DNA of 64,000 bases from Callorhinchus milii (taxonomy: Eukaryota). The notes under the pieces were generated by a model. The model was not told the DNA's origin, made no database searches, and saw only the letters and a program-made list of their open reading frames with translations. Position numbers and translations under genes: made by a program. Below are positions 25,818 through 39,233 of the stretch, one piece after another (the stretch's first letter is position 1; every line of letters starts with the position of its first letter). Location: NCBI RefSeq assembly GCF_018977255.1, contig NW_024704755.1, positions 1,860,001 to 1,924,000 of the forward strand, written 5' to 3'.

Positions 25818-25890
25818 CTAATAATAATCCTTGCATTCGATATGGAGGCTTTCACACTGGGAGGACATCCCAAAGCGCTTCAAAGGATTT
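25818..25890 (-). mobile_element. SINE tail fragment
   Basis: aataataatccttgcattcgatat...gaggacatcccaaagcgcttca. Confidence 0.75.
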
Positions 25891-27554
25891 AATGTGAAAG
25901 GGTTAGGATAAACTGTACAAAATACAATTTCTCGGTTTGCTGTGTGTATCGCGTTCACTGTTAAGATACTTTCAGAGAATAATCTTTGCACGTGCGTCAA
26001 GGAGAAAAAGACCACCGGATTTTGAGAGCAGAATGGGACTCTGGGCCGAAGGTATCCAGCAGTTCAATGAATAAAACCCTCATAGTTTTCCTTCTGCACT
26101 GAAGCTTACAGTGAGCACAATGTGTGCTAATGTTCAGGAAGGCTGCTCCCACACACAGGGCTAATACGATCAAGACTGCTGTCAAGGTACTGAAGCTTGG
26201 GCCTTCTAACTATGCACAGGACAGCTCTGGCCATAACTTAAACAAAAGCGAGAAAACAAAAGACAAACAAAAAAAACATTATGTTCTTCCAATCTGCCTG
26301 TTAAGCCAGCAATTCATTTCCCAAGATGTTTGGGGAGTGAGAACAGTATGTGCGTGGCCAGCCAACTTGAAAGGCTCTTTTATCTTTTTAAACCTATTAC
26401 AGCTAAATGCTGTGGGTATTTGTCCAGCTCATCTCAATTAGGCAGTACCTATTACTCTGCCATGCTTACTACTCCTGCCAAAATAGGATCAGAGTAGAGC
26501 TTTCTTTCATAATCCTCTGATACCATTCATAACCCCGGTGATAACAGTCGTGTACACATGGAAGCTCTAGCCATTGGTAACCTGCCTGACCCTGGTGACA
26601 GCCTTATCTATACGAAGATCTTAGTGGTCGTAATGAACCATAAACCCTGACAAACAGCCTGACAATCTCATTGTACATGTACTACAACAAGGCACAAAGC
26701 CCCTAGTACTCATCTGGGTTATCCATCTGTTTACATAGCTGGAAAAATAACAAGCCCTCATGTGTGACAGCCTTCATGTCATTAGCTTTATCTGCAGATG
26801 GCTTAAAGCCGCAGAGGCAGGGAACACAGTGCTTAAGACAGTTTTATTATATCTATTTTTTTATTGCGCAGCATCGCTCACAGAACTAAAGCTGGTTTTA
26901 TTATCCATTTCGGGGGTTTATGGCATATCGTGGCTTGCTTTCATTGCCAAGAGCAAAACAATCAGAAGCAGACAGGGTGGCTTCACGGAGAAGTGGCTGC
27001 TCATAATGGGAGAGAACCTCTTCTGGAAGGTTCTTTACAAAATTCAAGAGGAACCAAGGTTAATGGGAGACCGTAGATAAGGGCGTTACTTTCTCTATTA
27101 AACAATTATTGCGCTGGACACCTCTTCACAAGACAAGGCGATGAGCAAAATCACTGCTCCTCCCTTCACCTGCTCCCATTAAATAAACTCTGCCCAACGT
27201 ATTGGGAATGTTTTGGTTCCTCGCTCTCTCAATATGTATTCACATTAACAAAGGGGAGGGGGAAAGAGTCTTTTAGGAAATTACCTTTGTTATATACTGA
27301 ACTGTCTGTGCAGGCTTCCCAATTACCTGCATCTCACAAGAAACCAACAAAGAATTGTGTGTATTCCGAATCTTAAGCAATTTTTTAAATATCAAGACAT
27401 CTTGGAATATTTTCAAGACTACAACTATAGTTCTCAAAGACGCGTGGTTATAAGAGTTAAAAGGGTTGTCAGGCGATGATTATATTGAAGGAAGTTGGAT
27501 GAGTAGCTAGTTGGATGAATGCTACACTCCCATTTGAATTGGCTTCAACTACAG

Positions 27555-27610
27555 CTTTGAGACGTCCTCCCGACATGAAAGGCGCTGTATAAATGTAAAT
27601 TGTTGTTGTA
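27555..27610 (+). mobile_element. L2-type tail, (GTT)n variant
   Basis: TTTGAGACGTCCTCCCGACATGAAAGGCGCTGTATAAATGTAAATTGTTGTTG. Confidence 0.7.
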
Positions 27611-30600
27611 AGAATTCCTTTATATCAGGAACAGAGTCGACAGTACTTTCTTGTGCGAAAAAAAATGTAAAATATTCTTAACTGCTAAGCCATATCAGTA
27701 GATCAAGCCTCAGTGCATAGTAAGCATTTTCCCTCTGTGTATCTTTAGTGCTGCTCAAGAACATTATAGAATGGGACGCAATTATTCCTGCCCTCCTCAA
27801 GAACAAGCTAATGTTAAGAGCCAACAATGAATACATTTCCTTGACTGCTCTCACAGAATATCCCGGGTTACTGCGCTCTGATCAATTTCCCGATTCGATT
27901 TCAGGAAAATGCATCCCTTCTGTAACATGGTAATGTGTGCCTGTTTTTTTTTCCCGGAGCACCTGCAAAAAAAAACCTAAAAATTTATAATCTCCCACGC
28001 AACTCTATTAATATTTATACAACCACCACCTTTGTGTAGTGCGAATAATGGAGATGTATTAATGGTCTGACTTATTTTTAATAATGCAGAAGTTGTTAGC
28101 TACTGGAAAAAAGTCACATGCTGAATCTAGATGTTGTTGTATTTATATGTGGCCATATTTATACTGGTCTCCTGCTCTCTACTGTACGGTGCTGCATTTG
28201 AACGCGACCTCAAGTCGGACCCAAGCTTTGTCTGAGACTTACCATTAAGTTAAAGATAGAAGCAGTATTGATCAGTCCGCGTCTCTGAAGCCCGAGTTCT
28301 CATGTGAGTGCAGTTGTGGTCTATAAGCGCACCTGTGATCTTGTAACACCAGTCCGTAAAATAGCCAGTACTGATCAATTGCATCCAGTGGAAATGGGTA
28401 ATGGTCTGCATTCTCATTGACGCCAAAATAGGTTCTATTTCCGCTCTATGAGCCTAAACCTGATCACACTATATGAGATTACTTTACAGTTTATCGAACA
28501 TTATTATTTTTAAAAACAAATAGTTTCTTTCCGCCGTCTGAAGCCAGTGGAGGTAATAATAAATTATACGCTCATTCGCATTTTCTCTTCTTCGATTCCT
28601 CCCTTGGAAAAAGGAAAGTTTGTACACATTTGCACCAAACTGCAGCGACAAATCACTTTGCACAAACGGCAATAAATCAAGTGGCTTTTTTTTGTTCCCA
28701 ACATTATTTCGCGGCACTTCATCCGAAAGTGGGATTGCGCCAATCCCTGTTTTGTCGGGAAAACCGACGGAGACTAAAAGTTAAAAACGTGCACAATAAA
28801 AAAAAAACAACGAAGAACGAGGCCGACCAATCTGCAAGGATAATTCACAAGATGTGGTAATAATTAACGATAAGGAGGCAGGCAGTGCTAGTTTGGCACT
28901 TGTACACTTGGGGGTCAGCAAGATGGATGTGCAGCAGGTCGCCTCTGTCCGTTTGTACTGTGCTCACACATACGGTGCCATTACTCAGTGTTCCAGGTAG
29001 GATATGTGTAGGTCAGGGTGTTCGGGAGCACAAAGGGCAAAAACCTCATCGGTGGGAAGGGAATAGAACACACAGCCCCGGCCCCTGGCTCATAGGAGGC
29101 TCCATAACCTGCACAATCCTCTACAAAAGAAAGCCTTTGAGCTAAACCTTGTACTGTCACGACTTCTGCTCAGTCCTCTGTTCTGAGTGCCTCGGTGCAA
29201 GGGACTCCCACCACGACACAAAGTAACTGCAGCTACTACAGTTCACCTTCAGAATACACAGTCACTACACATGACAGTAAAAGCGCTCAGAGGCTCCGAC
29301 ATGAAAGCGGCCCTATCAAATGTAAGCAATATCCTTCTAAAAAGTCTGTCTAAATGAACCTCATTGGGAGAGTACTGGAGCACATTAACAAACTTCATCA
29401 AACAACCCAGAAAGCTGGTGCTGACAGACACGAGGATGTAAAGTGGTGGACGGTTTCAAAATGTACGTTCATAGAAGCCCTGTTGGCAATCCACGTCAAG
29501 GTCTTCATTACGTTAAGTCAAGCTCAACAAGTGTCTGTAACAAATCAGCTCTGTGTATATGTACAGCTCCAGCCATGGATTCATGTACATAAAGCACAGA
29601 CTGACAGAAGGGCATTCAGTCCATCAAACACAGAGGTCCCGCAATCTACCCATGTTGGACACTAACCAACGCACTTAAACTCACAAGGAAAGATTCTACT
29701 ATTTTCTCCTGTCTTCTCCCCTGCAACCAATGAATTATATTATACATAAGTGCAGTAAAGGCTTTGGGTTAAATAAAGATCATTTTAAAAACAGGACAAA
29801 TGCATAACTTCAACAACATCAGAACACTTCATATTCCACACCAACACATAGGCCCAAATTTCAGTAAAATTAGAACTGTTGCCTACAATTCGAGCGCAGT
29901 TGAATGGGGCAAATATTTTTAGGGTAAAAACTAAGTCAGAACCAAACACTGGGAGGTTCTGTCCAGTCCCACGTGTGTTATCGCAAATTCAGTAAAGCAT
30001 TTTTTTAAAAACAAACACGTTCACATCAATCAGTAATTCTCATTGCAAACAAACCTTATTCCTGTTTGTAAATGTGTAAATTGTAAGTATGTTGGTCATC
30101 GTCGCACTAAATCATTGCTATCTTTGTGTGGAATATTTTAATAACGTTTTGGTTTCTAGGTTTAATTTCGAAGCTATGTACACATACAAGGTAGTCCCTA
30201 GCATATTCATAAAGAAACACAATGCAGATCTCAGCGAGCTCTGGAAGGTTCACTGGGATGCAAAAGTAATTAAGGAACGCAGTTTATCTCTCAAAATGAA
30301 AACAAGTTTCCGCTAATCAATTCCACAACACTCAGCAGTGCTGAATAAATACATCAAAAGCCCCATTGGCACAAGAACTATTGATTCAGATCAAATCTGA
30401 ACAGCATTCAATCCAGATTGTGTATCCAAATTAATTCAAAGTTAATATTGGTCGGGAATGCAATTGTTTTGCACTCAGTCGGGCTGCCACAAACCAACCT
30501 GGTAAAACCCGATGAAAACTAAGCAGTGAAGTCTCCAGATCATCTATGGATGGAACCAGCCTGATTTTTGGAGTTCATGTTCTTCTTAAGCCATTAATGA

Positions 30601-30999
30601 CCACTTAAGAAAAAGGCAAACTTCAGCACATTTAATACCACACGGAGATTAAAACTGAGCTCCACTGTTAAGAGTGAAGATTGACTGATATGTGTTAAAA
30701 GCAACTTGCCAGCATTCGAAACTCAGTAGCGGGGCTGGTCACGGCTTCCGATGCAATCTAATCTCAGAAAATACACATCAGAAATTCACCGTAACCCACT
30801 CTGCATTTCCTTCGTATCAAATGTCTCTGAAAATGACAAACATGGCAGCCAATTTGCACCAGGAAATTTCAAAGTTCCATAACCACTTTCATATGAAACC
30901 AAGCACACTCCTTCATTTTATTGAAATTACTTAAACTTTCCGCTCTTGTTCCTCCCAAGCTCCTGAATGTTGGCCCTCCCATACCAGTTTCCCCCTTGA

Positions 31000-31140
31000 A
31001 GCTATTGCCTCTAATCCCATTCCTCTGCTAGTTCCCCATTCCCTTTAACATTACATTTCCTCAAGCACTTAATTAATTCCCTTTTTGAAATGTCTCTAAC
31101 CTGATATACACATACCCACATATCTGCCAGTGAGTGCACT
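31000..31140 (-). mobile_element. CR1 3' remnant
   Basis: rc ...TTTCAAAAAGGGAATTAATTAAGTGCTTGAGGAAATGTAATGTTAAAGGGAATGGGGAACTAGCAGAGGAATGGGATTAG, typical CR1 ORF2 end/3'UTR. Confidence 0.55.
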
Positions 31141-31378
31141 GGGCAATGGGAAATCTGGCTGATAGAAGACCACTCGTAGATTAAACCATATCTTTCAGCC
31201 CTGATCACCCGTGGTGGTTGATTGACTATAAGGTCTTCGTCTCTGCTCTAAATATTAAACAAAATCACTAATCACTGAGCTGCCATTATTCAATGCCCCC
31301 AAAATACAAGGATAATCATTGCATTTGTACAATAACTGGTACAAATGTCGACAGGCAATGGGTGTAGCAGTTTACCCT

Positions 31379-31704
31379 GTGGAGTCCTGTAGCTCAGTGG
31401 TGAGAGCACTCGCTTTGCAAGTGAGAGACCTGAGTTCAATTCCAGTCAGGGCGAAACCTTGGGCAAGTTCCCTTACTCCACACGCCTAATAATAATCCCT
31501 CCAAAACCAAAAACAATAATTAAATTGGTCATTTTCAATCTATGACTGTTTGTGGGACATTGCTGTGCGCAATTGGCTGCCGCGTTCGCCCACAAATATA
31601 CAGTCAATTCACTTTACAGTGTGTTCTGTGAAGCGCTTTGGGACGTCCTCCTGACGTGAAAAGCGCTATATCAAATGCAAGGATTATTATTATTATTATT
31701 ATTA
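31379..31704 (+). mobile_element. Full-length young tRNA-derived SINE (subfamily B; SINE2-1_CM-like, name unverified) with 7-bp TSD TTACCCT
   Basis: A-box TAGCTCAGTGG, B-box GAGTTCAATTCC, Deu-like GTTTGTGGGACATTGCTGTGCGCAATTGGCTGCCGCGTT, L2-type tail, (ATT)n; TTACCCT at 31372-31378 and 31702-31708. Confidence 0.92.
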
Positions 31705-32999
31705 CCCTCTCATTGAGCAGCTTGTTTTTTTTTTAAGATGACCATCACAGATTTAGCTGCACATTGCCTATATAGTCATAAGGCCAAAGTAAGGCATGAC
31801 ACATTGTCCCAAAAGGATTCAATTGCTTTGTGGCTGACTGCATTAGCGGTTCAAACGGAGCAAGTTAATTCAGATTAAAATGATCCAAACTCACCCCAAT
31901 TTCCTATTGTAAACTTCCGTTCAGGATTTTTTTTCTATTTTAAAAAAAAGCTATTAAAAGTCTGTGCCTAATAGCACTCGTTCAATGTGGTTCCTTCTCA
32001 GAAAGGAACACACAGGAGACATTTTATTGATTATACGAAGATAAAAATAGCAGCTCAGACTTAATATAGGATAATACTATCCTGGAGGCATTTTGCTCAA
32101 AACCCGCAGTGCATCTCAGCTTGTGCTGGTGAAACGGTTCAACATAGGACACCTCTGACAGCTGCAATTATTTACCTAAACACTGGAAGAAAATAGTATG
32201 AAATAAAAAAAGAAATCTGCTGTAGGAGGTGGTGGGGGGAGTTGTGGGGGTGATGGGGGGTTGAATCTGCTCGTATTCTACTCATTTTTAAAAAAAATAA
32301 GTATGTTTGCTTCGAGCCTCAGAAAAGCCAAGGGGGCGGGGGGGTTTGCTGAGCAGATGGGACCGGTGGAAGAGCACCCAGGACATTGCCAGAGATCGAT
32401 GATCTCCCTCTGTGAGGGGAGCAGAACAGTCCATCATCAAAGCTTCCCATTCGCACAGCATGCCCCGACCCAAAGGGAACACTGCTCCCTCCTCTCCTGC
32501 AGTTGGGTGGTGATGATAAAGCTCTCCTCATCTGGACCAGTGACTGACAAGAGCACAGTACCATACCCCTATCCACACAGAATCGCATCGAACAAACAAA
32601 TGGCCTTGCAGTTTATGGCCACAACTGCGCAACGGCATCTGTTGCATGTCTATCGCAATCAGTGCTTTGGCTGAAAAAAAATTACGCCGGGTCTAATTGA
32701 CCCTCCTGTGTCTTTGAAAAATCTTGTCTGAAGTCTCTAATTGACCCTCTAGGTACCTGTATGGAACAATGAATGAACCTCAGTAAATAACGTACTCCCT
32801 ATGATTAATAGCTAGGATTACACCAGACCATTGGCTGCAGGCACTGAAATGTTTTTTTTCATCGCAACTCTATTCCCAGGAATTCTAACCGGTTTGTCAA
32901 GGAACAAGGAAGCAAGTTAATCAAAGGCTGGAGTCAGGTGAAACCACCCCGCCAATCCCCCCTCTCCCCACTCCTCTCTCAAACAACAAAGTTAGAGAA

Positions 33000-33230
33000 A
33001 GAACTTGCATGTTTTGTAGCGTGTGCACAAACGTCTCAAAGAGCTTCACGCTAATTGTTGGCAAGTGTTCTCGATAATGTGTTTTGCGGACAAAAACTGC
33101 AGCCAATACTGTGAGGTGCATGAGGTGAATGGCCTGATTAATCTGGACTAAGGACTGTTGGCCAGGTTACCGGGTGAAAACCCCTTTCTCTCTTCTAATC
33201 ATGTCGCGGGGATCTCTTCAATGTCCAAAA
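33000..33230 (-). mobile_element. DeuSINE-like 3' half, degraded
   Basis: acttgcat...gtctcaaagagcttcac...gcagccaat...tgttggccagg. Confidence 0.6.
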
Positions 33231-34999
33231 GGCAACGTAAAAAAATGTCGCGTTTGAATCTTTCTACCTGTGGAACACAAACACTATGACGTTACATTCC
33301 ACTTTGCATCCGAGTGCCTGATTTATGTGTGTCTGCAACAAACTGTGTGCACTTATTGGCTTAGATTGGACATGGTGAAGCTTCATTTTTCATGTATAGT
33401 GTAATTTGGTAAGACTCTCTATTGATTAAGAAAATCTTGTCTACCAAACAATGCCACTTCAATCATGTGTCTGGAAAGCTCCCAGATTCCTGCCAATATT
33501 GAGTGACTGCTTTAACAGATGGCTAAAAAGTAGATAAGCTGAAGTGAGATGCAGTGATTAATGGAGGGTATGAACACCAGTGAACTATGTATCATGAGTT
33601 TCAGAGAAGCCTTGATGAAGAGATTAGGAGGCAGAGGGCGGTGGGGGGGGGTGGGAAATGACATTACTGCAGAGAAGAGGAAAGCTTGCCTCCATTGGTC
33701 CTCAGCTAAAAGCATTCGGATGAAAGTAAGTTGAACAAAAAGATTAACATGGCGAGCAAGATTCAATCAATTTGAATGCAATGCAGAATTCACATTAAAA
33801 TAAGCTGCACATTTCAAACATGATGTGAATGTATTTATGACTCATACCAAACCTATTAACATGCAGATTTCTGCTGTCTGTTTTACCACAGAGGTTATAC
33901 TGTCACTGCCTCTGTAGTCAGAAGTAATCGCTTCAACTACAGAATCATTTTTTTTTTGAGGGGTGGGGGGGGGGTTAAGGAAAAAAAAAACTTGTAAGAA
34001 GAACCTAGTCATTATAAAATGATTTGAATGTTTAATCCGAGCTGTCAGGTAAAATAATTTCAGATTCATAGCTTGTAACTGTAGGAGAAATGGCAAAGTG
34101 TTTATCGGCTACATTTCATTGTTAATTTACCGTCGACAGGGCTGGCTAAGTAACTCAATATATTATACAAATCTGACATTCTTCTCTCCTGAATAAATAC
34201 TCAATGAGTAGTATGGTGAAGGTTAAAGGAGAAATGCACTTCACCCTTCAATAAACCTGTCTCTGGTATAGATACCCAGCCTTGCCTATCCATGGTGGTC
34301 ATCCACATGGAACACAACCTTCACTGTATTCTGGTATAAACGCTGGTTTAGCTGATATTAATTGAGAATACATAACTCTGTTTATAGCGGCAGACAGACT
34401 ATTCAGGATGAAAACAGACTTTTGTTTCCTCTTCTGTAAAACCAGCTCCTAAACAGATAATGTCACAGTAAATACAAAGTAAACTCCAGTATTCTACACT
34501 GCACAAAGTTACTAATACTTGGAAAACCGCACACATTCAAAGCACAATGACTAATCTGTGTGACGTTCAAACACATTGATGCAAAACTGTTTTTTTCCCC
34601 ATCAGGCCATCAGAATGATTCTTTGTGAACACTTCCAGCACTACAAACCAGGACAGCAGCCAGCAGCCAGCAAATCCCTGCGTTGGGCTGAGATCAAAGC
34701 TGCCGATTTCAATGAGATGATTTGAGCGAAAGATTTGAGGCATTGCTGTGGTGAGCTGGTTGAAAGTAACCATTCATTAAGGATTCGTTCTGATGTCATT
34801 AATACTCATCTAGGTACCGAGAGTGAGGCACCACATTGCGTTATTGAGCAGAACCATGTACGTTCACTCACTGGCCTTTATTGCGTGGAAGATCCCGTTT
34901 CTAAACAAAAAGTCTTATTTATCACCTATAATAAATACACTGGTTATCGGAAGCGATGGCACAACACTTTCGCGAAGATTGGCTTACCGATCTGCGACC

Positions 35000-35315
35000 T
35001 TTTCCTTCCAATGAGACATTAAACCAAGGTCCCGTCTGCCTGTTCAAGTGAAGGTTAAAGATCCCATGGCATTGTTCGAAAAGAGGAGGGAGTTTCTTCC
35101 AGTGCTCTGACTATCATTGCTCCAGATAAAATCATCTATTCACATCATGGCCATTTGTGTGACATTGCCGTGCACAAATTGGCTGCTGCGTTCGCTTACA
35201 AAGTGCACAGTCACTACACTTTACAATAGAAACACGTGAAGCGCTTTGAGACATTTGATGACCTGATAAAGTGCTACAACAAATGAAAGGATTATTATTT
35301 TATTATTTATTATTA
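35000..35315 (+). mobile_element. DeuSINE-like element (family C) 3' two-thirds
   Basis: ATGAGACATTAAACCAAGGTCCCGTCTGCC...TAAAGATCCCATGGCA...GTGCACAAATTGGCTGCTGCGTT...GTGAAGCGCTTTGAGAC. Confidence 0.8.
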
Positions 35316-35439
35316 GTTTATTGGCCAATTAAAAACAGCCCAAACCACAGTTCTCTAAACCTCCCCCAGTACCAATCCAGGTTTAGTTCCAAGCTGTACT
35401 TTTTTCACGGGATTTTTTTTTAATAACATCCGAGTGTGA

Positions 35440-35568
35440 TTTGTTTGACCCACAAAATACACAGTCAGTTCACTTTAAAGTATATTCTGTGAAGAGCTTT
35501 GTGATGTTTCGAAGGTGTGATCAGGCGCTATATCAAATGCAAGGATTATTATTATTATTATTATTATT
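35440..35568 (+). mobile_element. SINE A 3' fragment
   Basis: CCCACAAAATACACAGTCAGTTCACTTTA...GGCGCTATATCAAATGCAAGG(ATT)n. Confidence 0.8.
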
Positions 35569-36884
35569 CCACAGCAGACATTCAGGAAACAAATTGCACA
35601 AGGAACGTTTTATGAGATTATTCAATACAATCAGAATAAATTAAACCTGCGCAGCAAACTAAAGTGAACTTTAAAACTAAGCAGATCACAATACCATGAA
35701 ATCTTTTCAATAAGCATCCACTGTGCCAGCAAAGTGATTAAAATCTACTGAGCCTTTTGCACAGTACATTAATCTACCTTTCACAACATATGAATTTTAC
35801 ACGGGGAGAACACGCTTTCAATCTGGCATTTATCCCGGACAGCACTATGAATCTTTTTTCTTAAAAAAAAGTCAACAAAACAACGGCACTGACTCCGTCC
35901 AGGAGGATTTTTCATGTTCGCGTGCAGCAACAAAAACAACTTGCATTTATATAGCGTCCCAGAGCGCTTGACAATGGCGGAGCACGATGTTGAGCCGGGG
36001 GGGGGAGGAGGGGGGGGGGGGAAGGTGACCACAGGCGCCACCGTAGATATTTACGATATTCCCAGAAGGATTCGTGAAGTGCAAATCCTGCAGGCACCAT
36101 GACGTGGATCACAGGACATCTGCTGGTGCAGATCTGTGTCCGTACAGCATACCGGTGCTCCTATTTACACCCGTTGCACACTTTGCGAACAGTCAGATAG
36201 ATCGTCTGCTTATTTCTCCGTGTATGATTGATTCCGGGGAATTTTCGTTCCCCGATTTCGTTCTTCGTCCATTTTGCATTTTAACCCATTCAAAATGTGC
36301 GGAAATCCCCAAGGCGGCTATTATGCGACCAGTAGATGCATTTATTTATGAGAACCACAAAAAAGTGCAATTATACAGTAGTCGAAGTGGCACAAACGTC
36401 AATATTATCCAAGGCAAAAAAAGTAATATGCAGGCCTCGTAATCTGCACATTATCCATGTTCTCTGCGTGCAAACCAACTCCATACACAACACCTGCCCT
36501 TTAATTTTGGCACCAAATTCACTTCTGCTGTTGGGACTGAATGTTTGAAGCAGTTCTGTTGTAGTGCTTATTATACTGCATTTGCGTGTTCGCTCAAAGC
36601 CCATTTATGGTGAAACCCTGTATAATTCTATTCAGCCGACGTTCATCTTTATCAAGCTTTGGGTTCCTGCACTGACCATAATCGATTATATGTTTCATAC
36701 AAATGTAGAGAAAGGGAGAGCGAGAGAGAATAATGGACACCAAGGAAAGTAATCTCAATCCGATGCTCAAATGTTTTGTCACCATCACCTAAACTCCAAC
36801 ACGGAAATCACTCCCGTGCACTTCATTTAAAATAACATGAAGAGTTGAAGGAGCAGCCTTTATTCCATTCTCCTATTCTCAGCA

Positions 36885-37100
36885 ATAATAATCCTTACAT
36901 TTGACATAGCGCCTTTCATGTCGGGAGGACATCTCAAAGCCCTTCAAAGGGTATATTGTACAGCAAGTGCAGCAACGGTATTTTGGAGGTGAACAAGGCA
37001 GCCAATTTGCACACACCAACATCCCACAAACAGCCATCAAGTGAATGGACTATTTTATTTTGGGGGGGAGGGTAAGTGGGATTGTGGCCCGGACACTTAA
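36885..37100 (-). mobile_element. DeuSINE-like 3' half
   Basis: aataataatccttacatttga...ggcagccaatttgcac...atcccacaaacagc...ggccc ggacac. Confidence 0.7.
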
Positions 37101-38969
37101 GTTTCTAGCAGAAGAGGTGGCTGTCGTTGAGAACATTAACATCCACCATACACTGTGTGTGATGACACCCTAAAAGAAGGACTAATGATTGTCACACAGT
37201 CGCCTCAGTTTACAGGGTGCTAACCTGTGGTTCATTACTAGAATAGTTCAGGCTGCGTTATAACAGATGGCACACTGCGTAATCAATAAATAGGCATGCG
37301 TACGTCAGTGAAAGGGTTAAGAGATGAAAATTCTTTGCAGCTGACTCGTGGGTGAAGTGCAGACTCTGCAGTAAATGAGGGGAAAGTGCCAACATTATTT
37401 AGTGTTCAGAGCACATTTATTTGGTTTAACAGAAGGGCATAAGCCAGGGAAAGGTAGCTTAAGGTCATCAGAACTGTCAGCTCCTCTTCAACTGCATGGC
37501 TGGTGTCACGTGCTGATAAAACAACAAAGTTAGAGGTCTTATACACAAAAGCGTGGGGTGATCCTCCCTCCCTGCCTGCCCTGCCCTGCCTCACTCAATG
37601 GGACTGAAAATCCCCAGCTAGAAACAGCGCAAAAAATGAACACCAGTTCGACAACGACTACTTGCATTTATACAGCGTCCTTCACACAGGGCTCGGGTCC
37701 CGGAGTGATTCACCTGCTTAAGAAGACACAGGAGGCCGAGGCGAGGTGTTTCACCCACACGAGCGACTGAGAAAATAGATCCAAATATTGTTTTAAACAC
37801 CCACGAGCCAGCCCGGGCCAATGCACAGACTGAGGCTTTGCAGTGCAGGTCTGACGATTACTGTGAAGCGCGTCGAGACGTTTCAAAGTCGTTAGGCACT
37901 ATATCTAGTGTGAGGATTATTACTGATCTGCGCGCTACAGACTAGTGCTTACTGCGTCCAGTGATGGGTTGTAGTTGGGCAGTCACGATCGATAACTGTT
38001 GATGTGCAATGTGCCCTTTACCAATGTAATTTTGTTGTTGTTGCTTAGCTGGTTAAACTCCAGCAGTTACCCCAACACACACTCCAATGCCCCCCCTTCC
38101 CCAAGCCTTGGCTCTTGCCAACCAGCGCCTAATACTCTCCAGCATTGGGTAAGCAGAGTGCATCCCTCCAAGCCATTCCAGACCCAAGGACGTTCCCATG
38201 TTTGGGTGGGTGTGCACACGGGGAACTCTCAACCAGAGTTGGGTACTCTTAAGCACGGTGACGGGTTTCCGAAGGCGACAGGCACCGGCTGATGCGCGCC
38301 CCAAAAAATCTCCAGCATGAGCCCCGGGAATCCTTGCAGTGATGCTTTGCTGGAACCATTTACTTTCAAACTAGATGTGAAAAGATGCAAGCTGAATCCA
38401 GGAAGAAGAAATCAGAGCTTTCCACCTTGATCTCTATACAGTGTTGTTCATCAATAATGCAAGAGCCCTGTGAGAACAGGAATGACAGGTTTCTCTTACA
38501 AACACATTTGAGCGTGCTGTTGGAGTGGACTGATGGAGAGGGGAAGTGTGGTAGTTATTTCCATATCATGGGAGCCAGCAAGAACCAGAGAGGATAATGA
38601 TTTTTTTTTTGAGAAAAAAAAGAATACTTTCTTTTGTTTTACACGGAATATAAATTAATCGGTTTCTCGATAAAGGGGTACCCGTTAACCTCTGCATTGC
38701 ATTGCCCGCCCCCACCCGCGCTTGCAGTCAAAAGGCATCATCTGCTCAATTACTTATTTGTGTTGCTAAAGAATCCCATTACCTCTCACAGCTGATAAAA
38801 TATTAATAAAAACAGGAATATCGCTCCTACCCAATCTGGCCATTTCTCAGCAGCAATACGCAGCATCTAGGAGAGATCTGAGAGACAGGTAACAGCTTCC
38901 GAAGGAGGGTGGGTCCCATTGCTTCACTCAGTCGACCAACTGCGACACACTCAGGTACAGGTATACGTC

Positions 38970-39233
38970 AATAATAATAATAATAATCCTTGCATTTGAT
39001 ATAGCGCTTTTCAGGTCGGGAGGACGTCCCAAAGCGCGTCACAGAACACACACTGTAAAGTGAATTGACTGTATATTTGTGGGCGAACGCGGCAGCCAAT
39101 TGCGCACAGCAACGTCCCACAAACAGTCGTAGATTGAAAATGACCAATTTATTATTGTTTTTGGTTTTGGAGGGATTATTATTAGGTGTGTGGAGTAAGG
39201 AAACTTGCCCAAGGTTTCGTCCCCTGCCTGGAA
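38970..39233 (-). mobile_element. Young SINE B, 5'-truncated within the B-box
   Basis: Near-identical to the rc of 31438-31704. Confidence 0.92.

Noticed and set aside
26520-26790. Faint ~55-bp periodicity (CCCTGGTGACAGCC-like)
   Set aside because: Too degenerate to support by eye
31381-31455. tRNA-like gene
   Set aside because: It continues into a SINE body and tail with a TSD and lacks a proper acceptor stem, so it is a SINE head
35996-36022. Poly-G tract giving a poly-Pro/Gly ORF (similar tracts near 5630, 6435, 20466)
   Set aside because: Simple homopolymer runs; G-quadruplex potential is generic and the ORFs are spurious
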